64,000 nt of DNA from Daphnia carinata (Eukaryota). Shown in pieces: positions 1-14,700 of this stretch. How positions within the stretch are numbered: the stretch's first letter is position 1; every line of letters begins with the position of its first letter. The notes under the pieces were generated by a model. It was not told the DNA's origin. It saw nothing but the letters and a program-made list of their open reading frames with translations, and searched no databases. The stretch is from the NCBI RefSeq assembly GCF_022539665.2, contig NC_081333.1:7812001-7876000 (forward strand). The letters run 5' to 3'. The translations under genes were made by a program, and so were the position numbers.

Positions 1-3000
1 GGGGAGATTATACGAGTCTCATGGAAAGACGTGGAACAGGAAGGTCGTGCACATATAGAAAAGACAGCGGTGCTTCTCGGTCACGATTCTCACGTCCAGT
101 CAGATTTATAGACACACCAACTACTACGAACGTACACGCAGAGGATACCGAAAAGAAAAGAATCGTATAAATAAATAAATAAAAGAATTATCCAAATGAT
201 CTTTTTTTTATATATATAATTAAAGAGCGAAAATGCAGTCACTCAACTTCTTTTTTGTGTGTGTGTGTGTGTGTGTGGATCGTATCTTCCTGATCGTTTG
301 CATTTCGCGGGTTATTGCCGTCTTTCGTGTCCGTGGTTGTAACTGTTGTCTGTGTATGCGTACTCCATTAAACATTTGTGCACGTAGGACGATGATATCT
401 GCATGAAACGGGTCGTCTGGTATGCAAAAGATGCATAACGGCTTTTTTTTTCCTTGCCTTGCGCTTACCCCCGCCGCGCATTTCAAATGTCATCCGGCGG
501 GGACTTGAAAAAAAAACAAACTAACGCCGGCAATGTAATTATGTAATTCCCCGCTCGTATCAGAACACACTTTTTTTTCTCCTCTCATTTAATTAAAAGA
601 AAACAATAATACTAAGACTATGTTAAAAAAAAAAGTCAAATTCCTGGCCGTCCAATTACGCGTCTGCAGCGACGATCGCTAGCGAAATGGAAGTTTCTGC
701 AGGGAGTTTCGAATCGGCCTTTTTCTTTCCCTACGTACATAAATAGAGTACGTAGCATAATAGATGTAGTATATAGTATATGTGCGACAGTTTTACGAGC
801 CTCTTCATCGCGACACCCACACGCACAAACGAGCAGCTCCCAGCGCCCCGTCCTTGCTAGCAAGACTGTTATGATAGTGTCTCTATACACGATTATACAG
901 CAGCCAAGCGTACACACATATAATCTTCTTCTCTAGACACCCTCCTTCAGTCTCTCTTCTTTTTTTTAGCTCGACGTCCACCACAGATAAGACTAAAGTG
1001 TCTAACCCTCTCTCTCTCTCTCTTCTTTTCTCTCTGCCTTTCTCTGTGGTATAGGGGAAGGCGAGTGTGGCTGATATGATTATACTTTACATAATCATAT
1101 AAATAAAAACGTACGCATAGATATGGCGCATTTTTTTTTTTTTTGTATTGCATAGTTTTCCCCCCGTTCTTGCGGCGACGGAACAAATCATTTCGTTTTC
1201 CAGCCGAATGCCTTGGCAAGTCGTGACGTCACATCAAGTGAAGATTTTTGTTGGATAGAGAACACACAAAAATAAAAAAAAAATGGGTTTGGGACCTGCA
1301 CGATGTTGTTCTTTTTCAGAAACGTAAATTCAAACATCTTGGGTCTACGTCGTTTTAGTGCGTGGGGGGCTTTATATCAAGGCAACGATTGCATTAGCCG
1401 CCTTCATTGCTGAGCTGTTTTTCTTTCCTTAAACAGTCACTCAGCGGGACGTGTATATTTAGAAACCTTGACGGTCGATTGGGTCCGGCCAGAAGAGAAA
1501 GTGAGGCTGGAAAAAGGAAAAAATACTTGGGAAAACAACAACAACAACAACAGCGATGCTGAAATCGTTGTGAGTAAGCAGATTTCGTGCAACGTCTATG
1601 GAAATTCGGCAGTAGGATAATGAAAAAAAACAAAAAAAAAACAAGTCAACAGTAGCTAAATAAAAATCGAGGTAGAAAACGAGAAAGAGAAAGCGCCTTC
1701 TACGAAACCGACGACGTCGAAGCGCATTGTAAAAGGGCGAATGCGGAATATGACAATCGATTGCTATCTTAGATAGTAAATCCCTTGAGCCTCGTTCGTG
1801 AGTCTTCCCAGACAAGCGATGGAAATCAAGGGGGGGGGGGATGCCTTCCCATGTTGATTGGATATGACGAAAAGGGTGGAAATAAATCTAGCGAAGTTGG
1901 GCGCACAGTTCATCAAGACTATCTCAGGAAGTAAATCGTCGATGGTCTGATTAGCCCCGACGCTAGAGACACTACACCATCGATGATTGCACGCAAGGGG
2001 AATCTCGTGGCGAAAAGAAATCCCATTTGTTGGCTCAGTCCGACAAGTTGCCCATACACACACCCGCCTACCCACCGATGAAGGTAAAGAGACATCCAGC
2101 CGAGGATTTCGGCAGCGTCAACGACGTTGATGATCGGTTCGTAAACGAATAAGAATAGCGATTTACGAGGCTTGTTTCCACACTTGCCTTGCGGGGTTAT
2201 CACGTTAGTGTGAGTCAAAGAAAAAAGGAAGATAAACTCTCGTCGGCCACTATCACGAGGCGTTGATTTGATTTCCCTTTAGCCCTGGCTTTTTTTTTTT
2301 TTTTCGTTCTGCTCCACCCGGCCACTTCATTTTTGTTTTTTTCCGTTTTGGAGGAGGCATAAAGGGAAAGGAAAAAGAGGAACAAGGACGGAGGCGCACA
2401 GCAAGAAATGAATGTTAAAGCAACAGGACAACCCCCCGTAGTCACACTTAATCAGCCCCTTCGAATTGTGTCTCGCAGCTGGGCCAAGGAGGTCGGCCAG
2501 AAAATGAAACGATTGAGGCTATATATCCAATCCCTTTTATATGTATAATCTCATTATGTAGCCGTATATGCGGTCGTATAAAACGCTACTCACTGCATAG
2601 CTTTAGAACAATAACCGAGAAACTCTTAAACAAAATTAAAAACTGAAAATCAAAAAAGAAATTTAAAGACAACAAAAAAAAAAAATAAATAAAGGGGGGG
2701 GGGGACGATGGGGGAAACAAAATTTGTTTCTTTGGGTTTTTTTCTCGCCATCAGCAGCGATGAAATAAAAACATATCGAGATGATGGTGATGGCCAGCTG
2801 ATTGGCGTGTTAAATCGCCAAAAAATTCCGCGAAAAAATATAGACGAAGAAAGTTCGTGCAAACGTGATTCACGAAAAACTATTTAACGCATCAGCCTAA
2901 TTAAGAAAGCCCGTTCGGTTTCGGTGTATGCCTTTAACTCACAAAGGTATATCCGTCAGCGCCGGTAGTGCCAGATAGTCGAGTCATCATCTCAATGAAG

Positions 3001-5403
3001 CGATAAAGAAAAACTTTCTTGGGCTTGATGACGGGAAATGGCCCGATAATATTAAATTGGCTTCCAAAATTTTCACCTTGGGATTCTTTTTTTTTTTTCT
3101 TTCGTTTTGATGATTAAAGAACATTATTCCCTTTCTCGTAGTTTTCTAAATATTTGATTTTTTTTTCTTTTTCATTTGTTGCCTGGGGTGGTGTTTGGAG
3201 CGGACAGGTGTCGTCGGTTCTTTTTCGTTCAGCAAATGTCCGTGTGTAAATTGTAATAAAAGCCGGGCCGCGACTTTCTTTGTAACATTCGGACTGAATA
3301 ATAAAAAAAAAGACACAATTTCAAAGTATTTCTTTTATTTTCGTTTGGTCGAAAATATTTTAAAAAAAAAGAAGGAAACTCAGTTCCACATCGCCCCCAG
3401 TGGCGTTTCCTGCGTTCTGTTTGTACTTTTGTTCAACCGACTGTTCGGTCAAATCAAAGAGCCAACCGAAAGAATAAAATAAAAAGGGAACAGTGAGAGG
3501 GGGGAAAGAGAAGAACACATTCAAAAAGAGATCAAAAGGTCTCATATCTTTAATTTCAGTTTCTTTTTCAAATATTCTTTGCTTTTGGCCTGAGTTGCTA
3601 CTGGCCAGACACTAGTCGAAGTAGATAAAAGCAAGCCATCGGCTATGTCATTGTAGAAAAGAAGAAAAACAAAAATGGTCAAGTGGCCTATATATACTGT
3701 ATATAACCATGTTTTTAGGCCCAGCACATTTAGCCAGCCGTAGGGGGAAGCCGGCCAATATGCCTGGCTCGTTTTCTCCGATTCGGTTTGCACCGGCACT
3801 CCATATAGACGTCTAAATCCTCTTGATCTACATGCGGTTCAAAGGTCAATATAGGGCTCTAACTACTAGATATTTTGTGTATAGTATAGACTATAGAAGA
3901 GGCAACCAGCCTGCATAGGTTTCTATGAAAGAAGCTATTGTGTAGAGTCAGGAGCGTGTGTGTAAAATAGAATAAAAGCCATCCAGCACCTCCTCCTATA
4001 CCTCGTCCAACTTTGTGTTGTGCATCTTTTCACGACAGCTGGTGCCTACACACTTATACCCACTAGGAGAAAAGTAATGCACAGTTCGATATTCAGACAC
4101 CATTGCCGGAGAGAAATCGGACCAGTTCGTAACACATGTGGAGCTTTTATTAGCCCCCCCCCCCTTGACACGCAGTCCCCCCCTTTTTTTTTCTATAACC
4201 TGAGTCCAACCTTTTAGATGAGATGTTATAGCCCTCCATCATATCCCTGCGTCTATGCACATAACAAAACATTTCAAAAGAAAAATAGAATACAAAAAAA
4301 AAAAGAAAGAGAGAAGGGGCCTGCTGGTTGAACGAGTCTGTTAATCTTATAGCTGCGATCGAGTCAGTCAGTTACACATCAGCCACCGATAATCAGCTCT
4401 CTCTGATTTTCTCTTTTGGCTCTTTTGAAAAAAGCGCGTCGGTTGTTTTGTTGTTAGTTTTTGTTCTCTTTTTCCTATTCATTGCGTCTCTCTTTTTAAC
4501 ATGTCGATCGCCTTGTCAAAGCCACTTATGTAAGAGCGTTCCCTTTAGTTTTCCATCCCTCATCTTTTGTTGTTCAAACGGGCCTGCATCCTCTCTGTTC
4601 AATGTCGTCGACCATATGTCAACTGTTTGGCCGATTGAACACATGTACAGTCAACAAGATCGTTCGCTTTCACAATTCATTGGGTGTTTAAAGGCCGCCA
4701 CTAAAGGACTTTGCCGACCCCCCCGTTCTTGTTTGGAATTTTGCGCTAAATTTTTTGCGATCATACCAGCGATGTTTATAGAAAGTGGTGTGAATCTCGA
4801 TGTTGTTTGTTGAGATTATTCACGCGGCTGTGAGCATTCAATCAACGACACCTGCCCACCTTCCCAGCGGTTTTGCGGCATTCGGGAAAGAGAAACCCCT
4901 AAGAGGATTGGAGCCGATGAATTACAATCAGTGAATGGATGGCTGCACTTGTGATAAGTGAGAAAATAAAAAATGAATAAATGAAATCAATTTCAAGCTA
5001 ATATATTATGATAACACGACACAGTTTCAATTTGGGCATTGTTCTTTTCTTTTTTTTTTTTTTCTTTTGTTTCCTGGAATTCGTCGGCTAAAAGGATGTA
5101 ATACATTGAATAATCAACGGCTGTCTGAACGACTTGAATAGAGAGAGAGAAAATGAGAAACGCGGTGGTGGCGATGCGTATGGAAAAATTATACAAATTG
5201 AGACTGAAAGTAGTACGGGTCGTTATTTACACGCACGTAAACAAACTGACTAGATTAAATATTTGGTTTGTCCTGTTTGCTGAAAAGGTCGGACAAGAAC
5301 GTCAACAACGTCAAAAAACAAAAAACAAAAGAGAAACGAAAACAAAACACAAATACAATGAAAACCAAAACCGGAATGGCCTTTCCCTTTTTTTTTTTTT
5401 TTG

Positions 5404-5440
<37 letters not shown>
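5404..5440 (+). repeat. (TG)n microsatellite in the bHLH 3'UTR
   Basis: About 18 TG units. Shorter (TG)n runs occur at ~256, ~19108 and ~33175, and (TTC)n at ~31188. Confidence 0.9.
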
Positions 5441-5446
<6 letters not shown>

Positions 5447-5500
5447 CGTTTTCTTTTGTCGGTTGAAGAGATTCTAAATGTTTAATAGTTTGTGAAAGGG

Positions 5501-7413
5501 TTATTGACCATTGTTGGTAGTGATGGCCTTGCCTGCTGATGCGGATGGCGCGGGCGATGATTTATTGAGTAGCCCGGAGATAGCGAAACTGCCGCTGTTA
5601 CTGCTGCTGCCGTTGCTCGATTCCGCGGCCAGCATTCCGCTTAAACAAACAGAATCCGCAGACGGCAATAATGGTGGTGATGTTTGCCCATTGGTCGCAG
5701 CGCTCGCCGTCGGAGTAGGACCGACGGGACTACGGTTGCCACTCGATTGCATGTTACTTCCAGGCGGATTGGTCATCATGGATGCGACGGAAGCCGGGAT
5801 GGATAGTCCCGTCGTTTGGTTCATGTACGTGACGACCCTCCTCAGTTCGTCGAGGGCGTTCGCTTGCATCATGATGTAATTTTTGGCCAGCAGCAACGTC
5901 GCAATTTTAGATAATTTGCGCACCGATGGAGAGTGAGCGTACGGGATGACGCTTCGCAATTCATCCAGTGCATCGTTCAAGTCGTGCATCCGTCTTCGTT
6001 CGCGGGCGTTGATGCTTAGCCGGACAGCTTTGCCTTGTCGATTTTTCCTCGACGATCCGCCGACGGAGTTGTTCGGCACAAGTCCAGTGTTTCCGCTTAC
6101 TGGCATTGCGGATCCTAAGTGTCCAGCAGAACCGGTTAAGCCCATAACAGTTTGGTGATGATGTGATGGACCTATCCTTCCGCCACCTCCACCGGATGTC
6201 TCCCCCTCTGACAGGCTGTGGTGTTCCAGTAACAGACCGCTATCATCCGGATGGTAGTGGTCATCGTCGCTACCTGCGTTCACGACGGGATTCGAAACAA
6301 AAGAAAACATTGAAAAATGAATTTTCTTTTTTTTTTTGTGAACAAAAACAAACAAAGTGTTGAGGAAGGAAGGCAAACACAATCAACACAGTGAGGGGAG
6401 AAATTCAATTACGTTGGTGGCGCCTCTCCTTCAACAAGCTATGAATTAAATTAAGAAGAAGATGGGTGACTCTCGCACCGTGTTCCATCTTTTGAAGGAA
6501 ATTAGAGGGTCGAACAAAAGGTCAGAAGTTCATTTAAGTCTTTTCCTTTTGTTTCGCCTCTTTTTTCAACTCGCACACAATAACGTCAGTCAGACAAAAC
6601 ACCACCAGAGATTCTTTTTTTGAGAGTAGGCGGTCAGTTTTTGTAAATGAGCTGATAGGTAAAAAAAAAAAAAACAGATGGAGGGGTCTGTGGGTGGTTT
6701 AAATCATTTTTGTTCTTTTTTCTTTAAAAAAAAAAAAATAAATGTCTACCTGAAGCGGATTCGGACAACTGGCGCCTCTTCTTGTTGCTGCCGATCGGTT
6801 GCTGTTGTTGTTGCTGTTGCTGGATAAACCACGGTGATAGAGACGAATGCATTCCTCCGGTGCCGACTTCTTTGCCGCCAACAACCAGATTGAAATGATG
6901 CGAAATTGAAGCTGAGGAAGAGGAACAAACTGTCCGGCTCGGAGACAAGGCGGTTGCGGACGAAGAAGTTGGGGGAACTGCCGACTGTCTCAACTTGTTT
7001 AAATTCGAGCCGACGACATTGGTCAGACTCGAAGATGAAGAGATTCTTTCCACTTCGCTATTCAATCCGGCTTGACTCTTTTGAATGATTGACATCAGCT
7101 TGTGCGATGGCTGACTGCCGCCGGCCCCTCCTCCGCCGTAGTGGCCATGATGAGCCGGTTTCAGACTGTCGCTCATCGGTGAGAAGAGGCTGAGGTCGGC
7201 TGCAGCGGCCACGGCAGCCGTCGCCGAAGACGACGGATTGCCACCGTACGGACGGAATGAATCGGATCCTCCTGTCGCACTGCCGTGACCACTCAAATGA
7301 TGATGATGATTGTGATGATGATACTGACTGGGCAGACACAAAGTCATCACAGATGGCTGAAATCCTCCAAAATCAGCCGTCTCCATGACTCTACGGGTGC
7401 CTTGCTGCAGCAT
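5501..7413 (-). CDS. BHLHE22: Olig/Beta3 (bHLHe22/23-type) bHLH transcription factor; 2 coding exons (7413-6750, 6273-5501), ~478 aa
   Basis: The b[66 protein letters not shown] is diagnostic of the bHLHe22/Oli family. A phase-1 GT-AG intron (6749-6274) joins the His/Gln/Ser-rich N-terminal ORF in frame (SESASG|SDDDH), total 1437 nt. A probable non-coding upstream exon has its donor at ~7967 and acceptor at ~7476. The start codon choice is inferred. Confidence 0.93.
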
Positions 7414-8379
7414 CCGCAAACGTGGCCTTTCTTTAGTATTTTTTTTTACTTTTGTCCAATCAATCCGGCAATAAACTGTCAACGGGATCAAATGAAAAGA
7501 GCATTGTGTCAAAAGGTACAGGGAAAGGCTTGTGTGTATTATTGTTCGTTTTGACCCAAGAGAAATGGCGTACGGCAACGAGGGTTGAATGAACCGTAAA
7601 ACCTTATGAATTTCAATTTTTATTGGGCATCAAGAAGAATCAGGTCATTTCAATGAGAGACAATGAACATGTTCATCTCTGCTCGTCCGGCTCTAGTGCA
7701 ATTAAAAAGGGAGGAAAAGATGACCATTTCAAGGGAAAATGAAAAAGGGTAGTAAAGGAAAGTGGCAGGTGCTCTATTCATCAACTTCTTTTAATACGTT
7801 GGCCAAGCACAATTGAGCAGCGTACGCACAAAAAAAGTCAAAAGTGCTTTTTGCTACCGGAGGATTTTCATAAAAATTTTATTGTGCGGATCACACTAAA
7901 AGGACTTATCCTTTTGTCCCGGCTGTAAAATTTGAGAAAGAAAGACAATAAAAGAAGAATACTTTACCTCGAATTTCGATGGATTGGGTCCACACAGGTG
8001 ACGATCGTTGTAAAAATTCACTGACGAAAGTGGTGGAATGTACTTTTTAAAAAAATATCCGTGTACAATAACCAGTTAAAGGTCAAATGATTTGTGTAAA
8101 ATGTTGGCTTTTTATTTCCTTTTCAATAATTTAGTAGAAAAGGAAAAAAAAAAACAACTGATGAAGCCAGTCAAAATGGAAAACAGAGAGACGATAAGGT
8201 GCTGCTGGATTCTCTTTGATGCCAGCCGCAAATACATCACACATGGACGGTGGTACGTGCTCCGATTGTCTCTTCCCCCGACGTCTCCTCCTCTTCTTAC
8301 CCATCCCTTTCATTTTTGGGTTGTACATATTCGCCTCTTGTTCCGGTTTCCTTGTGCTCTAGTACAACGTTTCTAACGA

Positions 8380-8720
8380 ACGAGCCATCGCCGAGGATTA
8401 GACGCGCCTGCGCGTGCGGATGCAGGGAGGGATCAGGATTTCCGTGTCCCCCTCTCGTTTCCCTATCGGATGAATTCTAGCCGACACGGAGAGGATAATA
8501 CCCGAGAATTTGGCGAGCCACGCCCATGATGGCGTTCCAAAAACCAATGGCCGACCTCGACAATTACACTGCCCGACATTATTATCGTCACCGCTTCCGC
8601 CTGCAGCTTCAACTCCGTCAAAATGAATTCGATTTAGCAACTGTACAGCTCAAGTTTACATTTCTCCCCCCGAAAATTGTTTACCACGGACGGCCGCCGT
8701 CGCGATCAAATTCAAGCGAC
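8380..8720 (-). promoter_or_regulatory. Probable GC/CpG-rich promoter region of the bHLH gene
   Basis: Local CpG-rich stretch with a GCCACGCCC (Sp/KLF-type) box and CCAAT, just upstream of the putative 5'UTR exon. TSS not determinable from sequence. Confidence 0.35.
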
Positions 8721-11700
8721 ATTACGCGCATTAAATCTATTTACATACTGTACATCTAGCGCTTTTATCCAATTGACGGTTCGTGGTACACGGATGAATC
8801 TTCTTGGCGTTGCATCGATGCTTCAACGGCGACAAGGAGACGTGGGCAAATGATGTCATTTGGTATTCAAGAGGAGCGCCAAAAGCCGTTACCGATTGCC
8901 GTAGCTTTTTCTCTCTTTCTTTTTATATATATGGCGTGTATAATGCGTAATGTGTCTATTTATATACGCTGCCGAAGCAGTCTTTTTATATATATATATT
9001 TTTTAAAGATATCTCTAAATAAAGAAATTCACGGTGCACCCCATCGTCGTCAGCGTCGTTTCAGATTTTATTTTTTTGAATGTTTTTTTTTTCTCTGGCT
9101 GCAATAGAAATAACCTCCGTCTTATATATATATTTTTTTTTCGGGTATTATGTTCACTCCCGGTACTTATTTCACGCTCCACTGGCATCGTCATATCATT
9201 CTAATATATTATGCCTTGATCACGAATTCTTTTTTCTTTCCCTTTTTTTTTCACTGTTGTTATTTTTGCCTAAATTTTTTATGCTGTTGGTTGTCTTGAA
9301 CGAATCTGTTTATTTTTCTTTTTGCTATTTTTAAAGAAAGCTTTTCTTCTCTTATGTAGCATATTGTTATGATGTTTATTTTCGAAGCGCCATGACCAGG
9401 CAGCCGTGATGACCATCAGTTGAAATCAGTTGCAATACAACATTTGATAAAAGAGTAAAAAGGGTGTCGAGTAAACATTGAAAAAGGGAAATCACCGTCG
9501 CCTACAGACAACGTTTAAAAAAGATTTCTAGAATTCACCGCTTATGTTAAACCGTGTGTTAAAAAAAAAAAAATGCGCAGAGAGATCGAGTACACGTCTC
9601 ATTAATCAACATCCATCGTTCGAATAGAATCAATTTTTTTTTAACACGGTGTTTGATTATCACGTCAACAAGCATTCCCTCAACTCTCCAAACACACACA
9701 CACACGCAAGTCAATTTATATATTTATACTCTATGACTTTATATCCATCCATCGTCCCTGTTTCTCTTTCAAAGACCGACATGGGGGCGATAGGAGGGGA
9801 GATGCAATATAATAGCATAATGTGCGCGCGATGTGTTTGCGTTCGGTCGAACTGTTGATTGAATTACGGGCGCGATATCCCAACAACGAATGAAGCCTCC
9901 ATCGTCTAAAGAAATCTTAACATCTGGTTGGATACGATCAACGGCTACACAAACGTATAGTGGATCTTATCGGCGAAGTCATTCAATTATAAGCCATCAG
10001 CTTTTGATGCGCATCTACAAAGCTGATGGTTTCACGTAGTTTTAACTAATGGCGTTACTATCTATTTGTTTAAAAGCGGGTTAAATCAGGCAATGATTTT
10101 CTTTTTTTCAAAGTCCACTTTGAAATATCTTTAATGCGCATTGACCTTTAGCAGCTAAACTATGTCGCGGGCGACACCGGAACTCACAGCCGAACTGAAA
10201 CTTTATTAAAATATTCAAGCGTATCTGAAAACCAGCCATTGATTTTTGTTTTTCACTTGAACAGTGATAGAGCGAGTTACTCTGTGTGTGTGTATTTACA
10301 ACGAGCCGTAACGAATCGATGGGATGTGGGAAGAGCGTGGGACGGATCGTCCCATATCGAATCGCTTGGCTCAAAGAGAAACTTGAACGCAAAAAGAATT
10401 ATTCGTGGGATATATGATTCCGTTTGCTGTGGCGACAAACAATCGCGACATGCCCGCAAATTTGTGCTATCACGTGCCATCAACACAATGGCCGCTTTCC
10501 CATTGGGTGACGTCATTTGTTTGATCGCAAAATTCTTAGTTATCGGCTTTGATCATCTTTCCTCTCGTATATCTAGTAGGATAAATCCAGGTTCATGAAT
10601 CATATTAAGTTTTTAATGTGAGTATGGTATTGGTTTAAGATGTACGATTGCCGTTCTGTTGTGTTGGTTACAGCAATAGAAATAATAATGTTATTAATAG
10701 GTAATAGCAACTTTGAGTTTGAATAATTAAAAAACTGCTTCGTTTTTTGCATTTATTTCAAAAACTATAAGCCTGCCGTAAAAACTAATATGATTTTCGT
10801 GATTTTCCTTCAATTTTGAATCGAAATCATGTATTTTAAACCAAATGTAAAATTTAGCCAAAACCGAAAAAGTGGGAAGGCTATAGCCTTCCTACTTTTG
10901 TCAAAATCGGCCAAAAATCGAAATCTCTTGAAATTCGATAAGAAAACACACGTTATACTCAAAATTTAACGCTGATTCTACGTGGCGTGTTAGTTTTCCT
11001 GTTAGTTATTCAGTTTCAGAAGAAATCGTAGTCAAAAGGGTTATAGAGTAACCACTTTTTGAAAATTCCACCGTTTTTTTTTGGAACTCAAAAACTGAAA
11101 TTTCCACGTAAAAACGAGTTTGATTTTCTTGATTACCGTTTAATGTTTATTATAATTTATATATTGTTAGCTCAAACGTATTAAGAATGTCATGGGGAAA
11201 AGGGGAGTCTCCCTTTACCCTCCACGATATGACATCAAATAATAAAGACTCGTAGACCTCCAGTAAGACTTTATAGATAAATAGGCCTGTATTACAGTTA
11301 AAAGATCACGCAGCTTACGTGTATATACACGTCTATCATTACGCGTTGCGGCTTTTTTTTTCCCGGTGGATTGAAACTCTAGACGGCGAAGACGGGCGGC
11401 TTGGCCTATAAGAAAAGAGGAGGTTCCCTCCTTTTTAATTTTTTTTTTGGCTATAATTTGATATGATTATGAAACCCATCAAATGCAAATACGCAGCGGC
11501 CGAGTGGTACGACACACACACCATTGCGGTAAATACTTTTTTTTTTTTTCGTTCAGCCGGCCGAAGGGCGTGCTGTTTCTTCCGCCTCGGGTATATCATT
11601 GAAACATCGTAAAATAAGACACTGCAAAGGGGATGATAGCGCTAGTTTTTTTTCTCAAATGTTCCAAAGACTTGGTGTATAAATGTATACTCGATGGATA

Positions 11701-14700
11701 TATTGACTGTCTATTTATTTATGTAAGAAGGATGGCGTAAAGTGTGAGGTCCCCCTTTGTTGCGTCCGAATCGTTTAGGATAAGTCTAGTCGAGCGGAAG
11801 ATTCAATTTTCGCTGTCTCTTTCTACCGTAGACTTTTCGTATATTCGGCCAACGTCATCTCGTCATTCCATATCGAATCACCGAACCATTTCCTTTTTTT
11901 TTTCCCCCTACGAGATTCAGATTATTTACTTCGGCTCCTGCCTCATCACCCCACGATTTTTTCTTCTCTCTCACCCCACATCGACCTGAGTTAGAAACTA
12001 TCCAACAAGCAAATAGAGTTATTCCTCATCGAGTTGCGATGGCAGAGAAGCTTTATCGCTTCTTTATCTCCTTATCTTCCATCTCTCACACTTCTCTTTA
12101 ATAAAAAGAAAAAACAGAGATAGATTTATATAGAGAATGCCGTACATCTAAAAAAAGACACCGGTGGACTTGAATCGCTCACTGCTAGAAACTGGCCACA
12201 CACATCGATTGGTTCTGCTGCAGCGCATATCAATGAGCAAACGGCCTCAATCTTATCTCTTTTCTTGTAAGGTCTCTTTCGGGAATGGATCAAAAAGATT
12301 TTCAGCCACTGATTGATGACAATCTTCAACTTGCTTTTCACTTTATTATCGATCTTCAGGAGACGGTCTTCTACGTAAAAGTAACCGCCTTTGTGTGTTG
12401 TTCGTGTTCGTATTGTAATTCATTTGAATGGAGCCGAACGAGAGCGATGAGCGATCAACTCGAATTTGATCGGATGCATAACAAATGACACGAATTTTTG
12501 AGTGTTTGGCTATGAAGCGTGATGCATCTATCGCTCTTGATCCTGTTTGTCTCTACAGAATGTTACAATAAAATATCTTTTTACGCAGGCAAACAACTTC
12601 AAATGGATCGAGTGATGAAAGAGTCGAGTCGACAGCGTTGGCAGTTCTCATTTTCTATGAGGAAATTATAAAGGGAAAAGGAAGAAAAAAAAAAGGCCGT
12701 CGTGTTTCTCGTGCGATGGATGGAAAGTGTTTGTCAGACCAGCAGGTCGTTTGTTAATGCGGCGCTAACACGAAGAGGGGAGGACTGACTTTTCCGATGT
12801 CGATCTCTTCCTCTAGTATGGTTTTCCTTCTTTCTCGCGGTCTCTCCTCTCTCGTGGATGCCCCAAACAAATATAATAAACGAAAAAGAGGGGCGAAGTA
12901 TTATCAGTCTCGCAGGCTCGATTAATTCGTTAAGTGCCGCGCCCTGTCTGCTCGCTTCTCGGCTTCGGTTTGTCACCGTAAAGGCACCACCACTCCTTCT
13001 ACGAAGACAGGGAATAAAATAAAAGGACCAAACGCTTGACGTGTTTTGGCTTTTGTGGCTGTTGCCCATTTTTTTCCGTTTCTCGACCGGTAACATCAGA
13101 CGATCACCGAGCGTTCCCCAAACTTGAACTAACACAAAAGACGCTTGTGTTTGTTTAAGTAAAACAAATTGTGTACGTCTATAATAACTAATGAGGAAAC
13201 GCTTAAAATGATAAGACATTCATGTTAACGATTTTTGTATACCTGTACCAGCATCGATTGTTTTCTTGTGTTTGTCTCTGCCATAAGCTTTCCCGTTACG
13301 TTCACCAACGTCCGATCCCAGCACGCGTTCGACATTTATACACGTCCTTTTTCTGTTATTTATTTCTATTTTTTTTTTTTTTTCTCAAAACAAAGTTAAA
13401 TCACTCAAACTGATCATGTTGTATTGCTGGTGTTTGATCTGACCATCAGCCGATCATAGAAAAATCAAAATACCACGTTTATTTTCAACGTTACAAATAT
13501 AGCAGCAGTTTTGAAATTGTCAACAAATGTTTTGTGTTTTTCCCTTTTTGCTTTTATCAAGATGGAAACTCACAGCACGTCTGTAGAGAAAGATGTAAAA
13601 GATAGATTGGAACGCACAGCATCGAGAAAGCCGAGATGTGAGTTGTTTGTTTGAATTGGTGACAAGGACCTGCTCAAAGATAAGCTATACGTGTACACAT
13701 CTATAGTCTATAAAACAGCATAAAAATGATGATGAGTTAGAACTCTTTCTTTCTTTCTTTCTTGTCTTTGGGTATTCGTTGGCCAAGCAATAAATATTGA
13801 TGTACACGTTTTTATGTACTATTCGTATATATGCATGTAGTATAGATAAGAAATAAACGTGTAGAGACAGAGATATTTTCGAGGGTCGATATCGTCCCGG
13901 TCTTTTCGAAATGCGGAGAAGAAAAATCATGTCACGGTCAATAATACACGGTTGGAATGTTTTGAGTCTTAGAGGGCCCCATGTTCCCTCTTTTGACTTG
14001 ACAATCTCTTCGCCCTCGCTCGATAGACACACAGGTCAAATGTCTAACAATATAGTTTTGAGATCTTTCGAATATTTCTCTTTTTCTCTGTGTAGATTAC
14101 TGGAGAAGACTACGAGACGAGTAACAAACGAGGAGAAATCATTCAGGTAGATCAACTGATGTAGTCCGACTTTTTGATTTTCTTTTCACATTTTTTCGTT
14201 TGGACATATTCTCTGGTGGGCTGTATGGCCGGCATTCTTCACCCCCCTGACTTTTTATACTCCCCCCCCCCTCTCTTTTATCTAATTCTTCCTTTCCATC
14301 TTTACATTTCCACATGGACCGCTTGGAGCTTAATCCATCCGCGCGGGTCTTGTTCCAACGAGGGGGTTGACGAAAAGATTCTTTAAGCTCCGGCGATCTG
14401 TCTGATTTCATAGGCCTACATTTTTCTTGTTAATAGTTAAAACTGTTATATTTTTGTCGCAGAATTCGTCATCACATGCCCTCAAATGTTGATGCTTATC
14501 AGCACGTAGTCGGACCGCATTATCGAAATGAGATTGGCCATGTCGGTTTCGAAATCCGAGGGGGTCTAAGAACAAGTTCAATCCAATTATATTCAACTGT
14601 TTTCCAACAATAATCCTGCACGTCAGATTTTTCAATTCCACGTTGGTGTTATAGTAGGAACTTGCACAGATGACGGGGCGGCAACGAAGAGCGAGTACAT

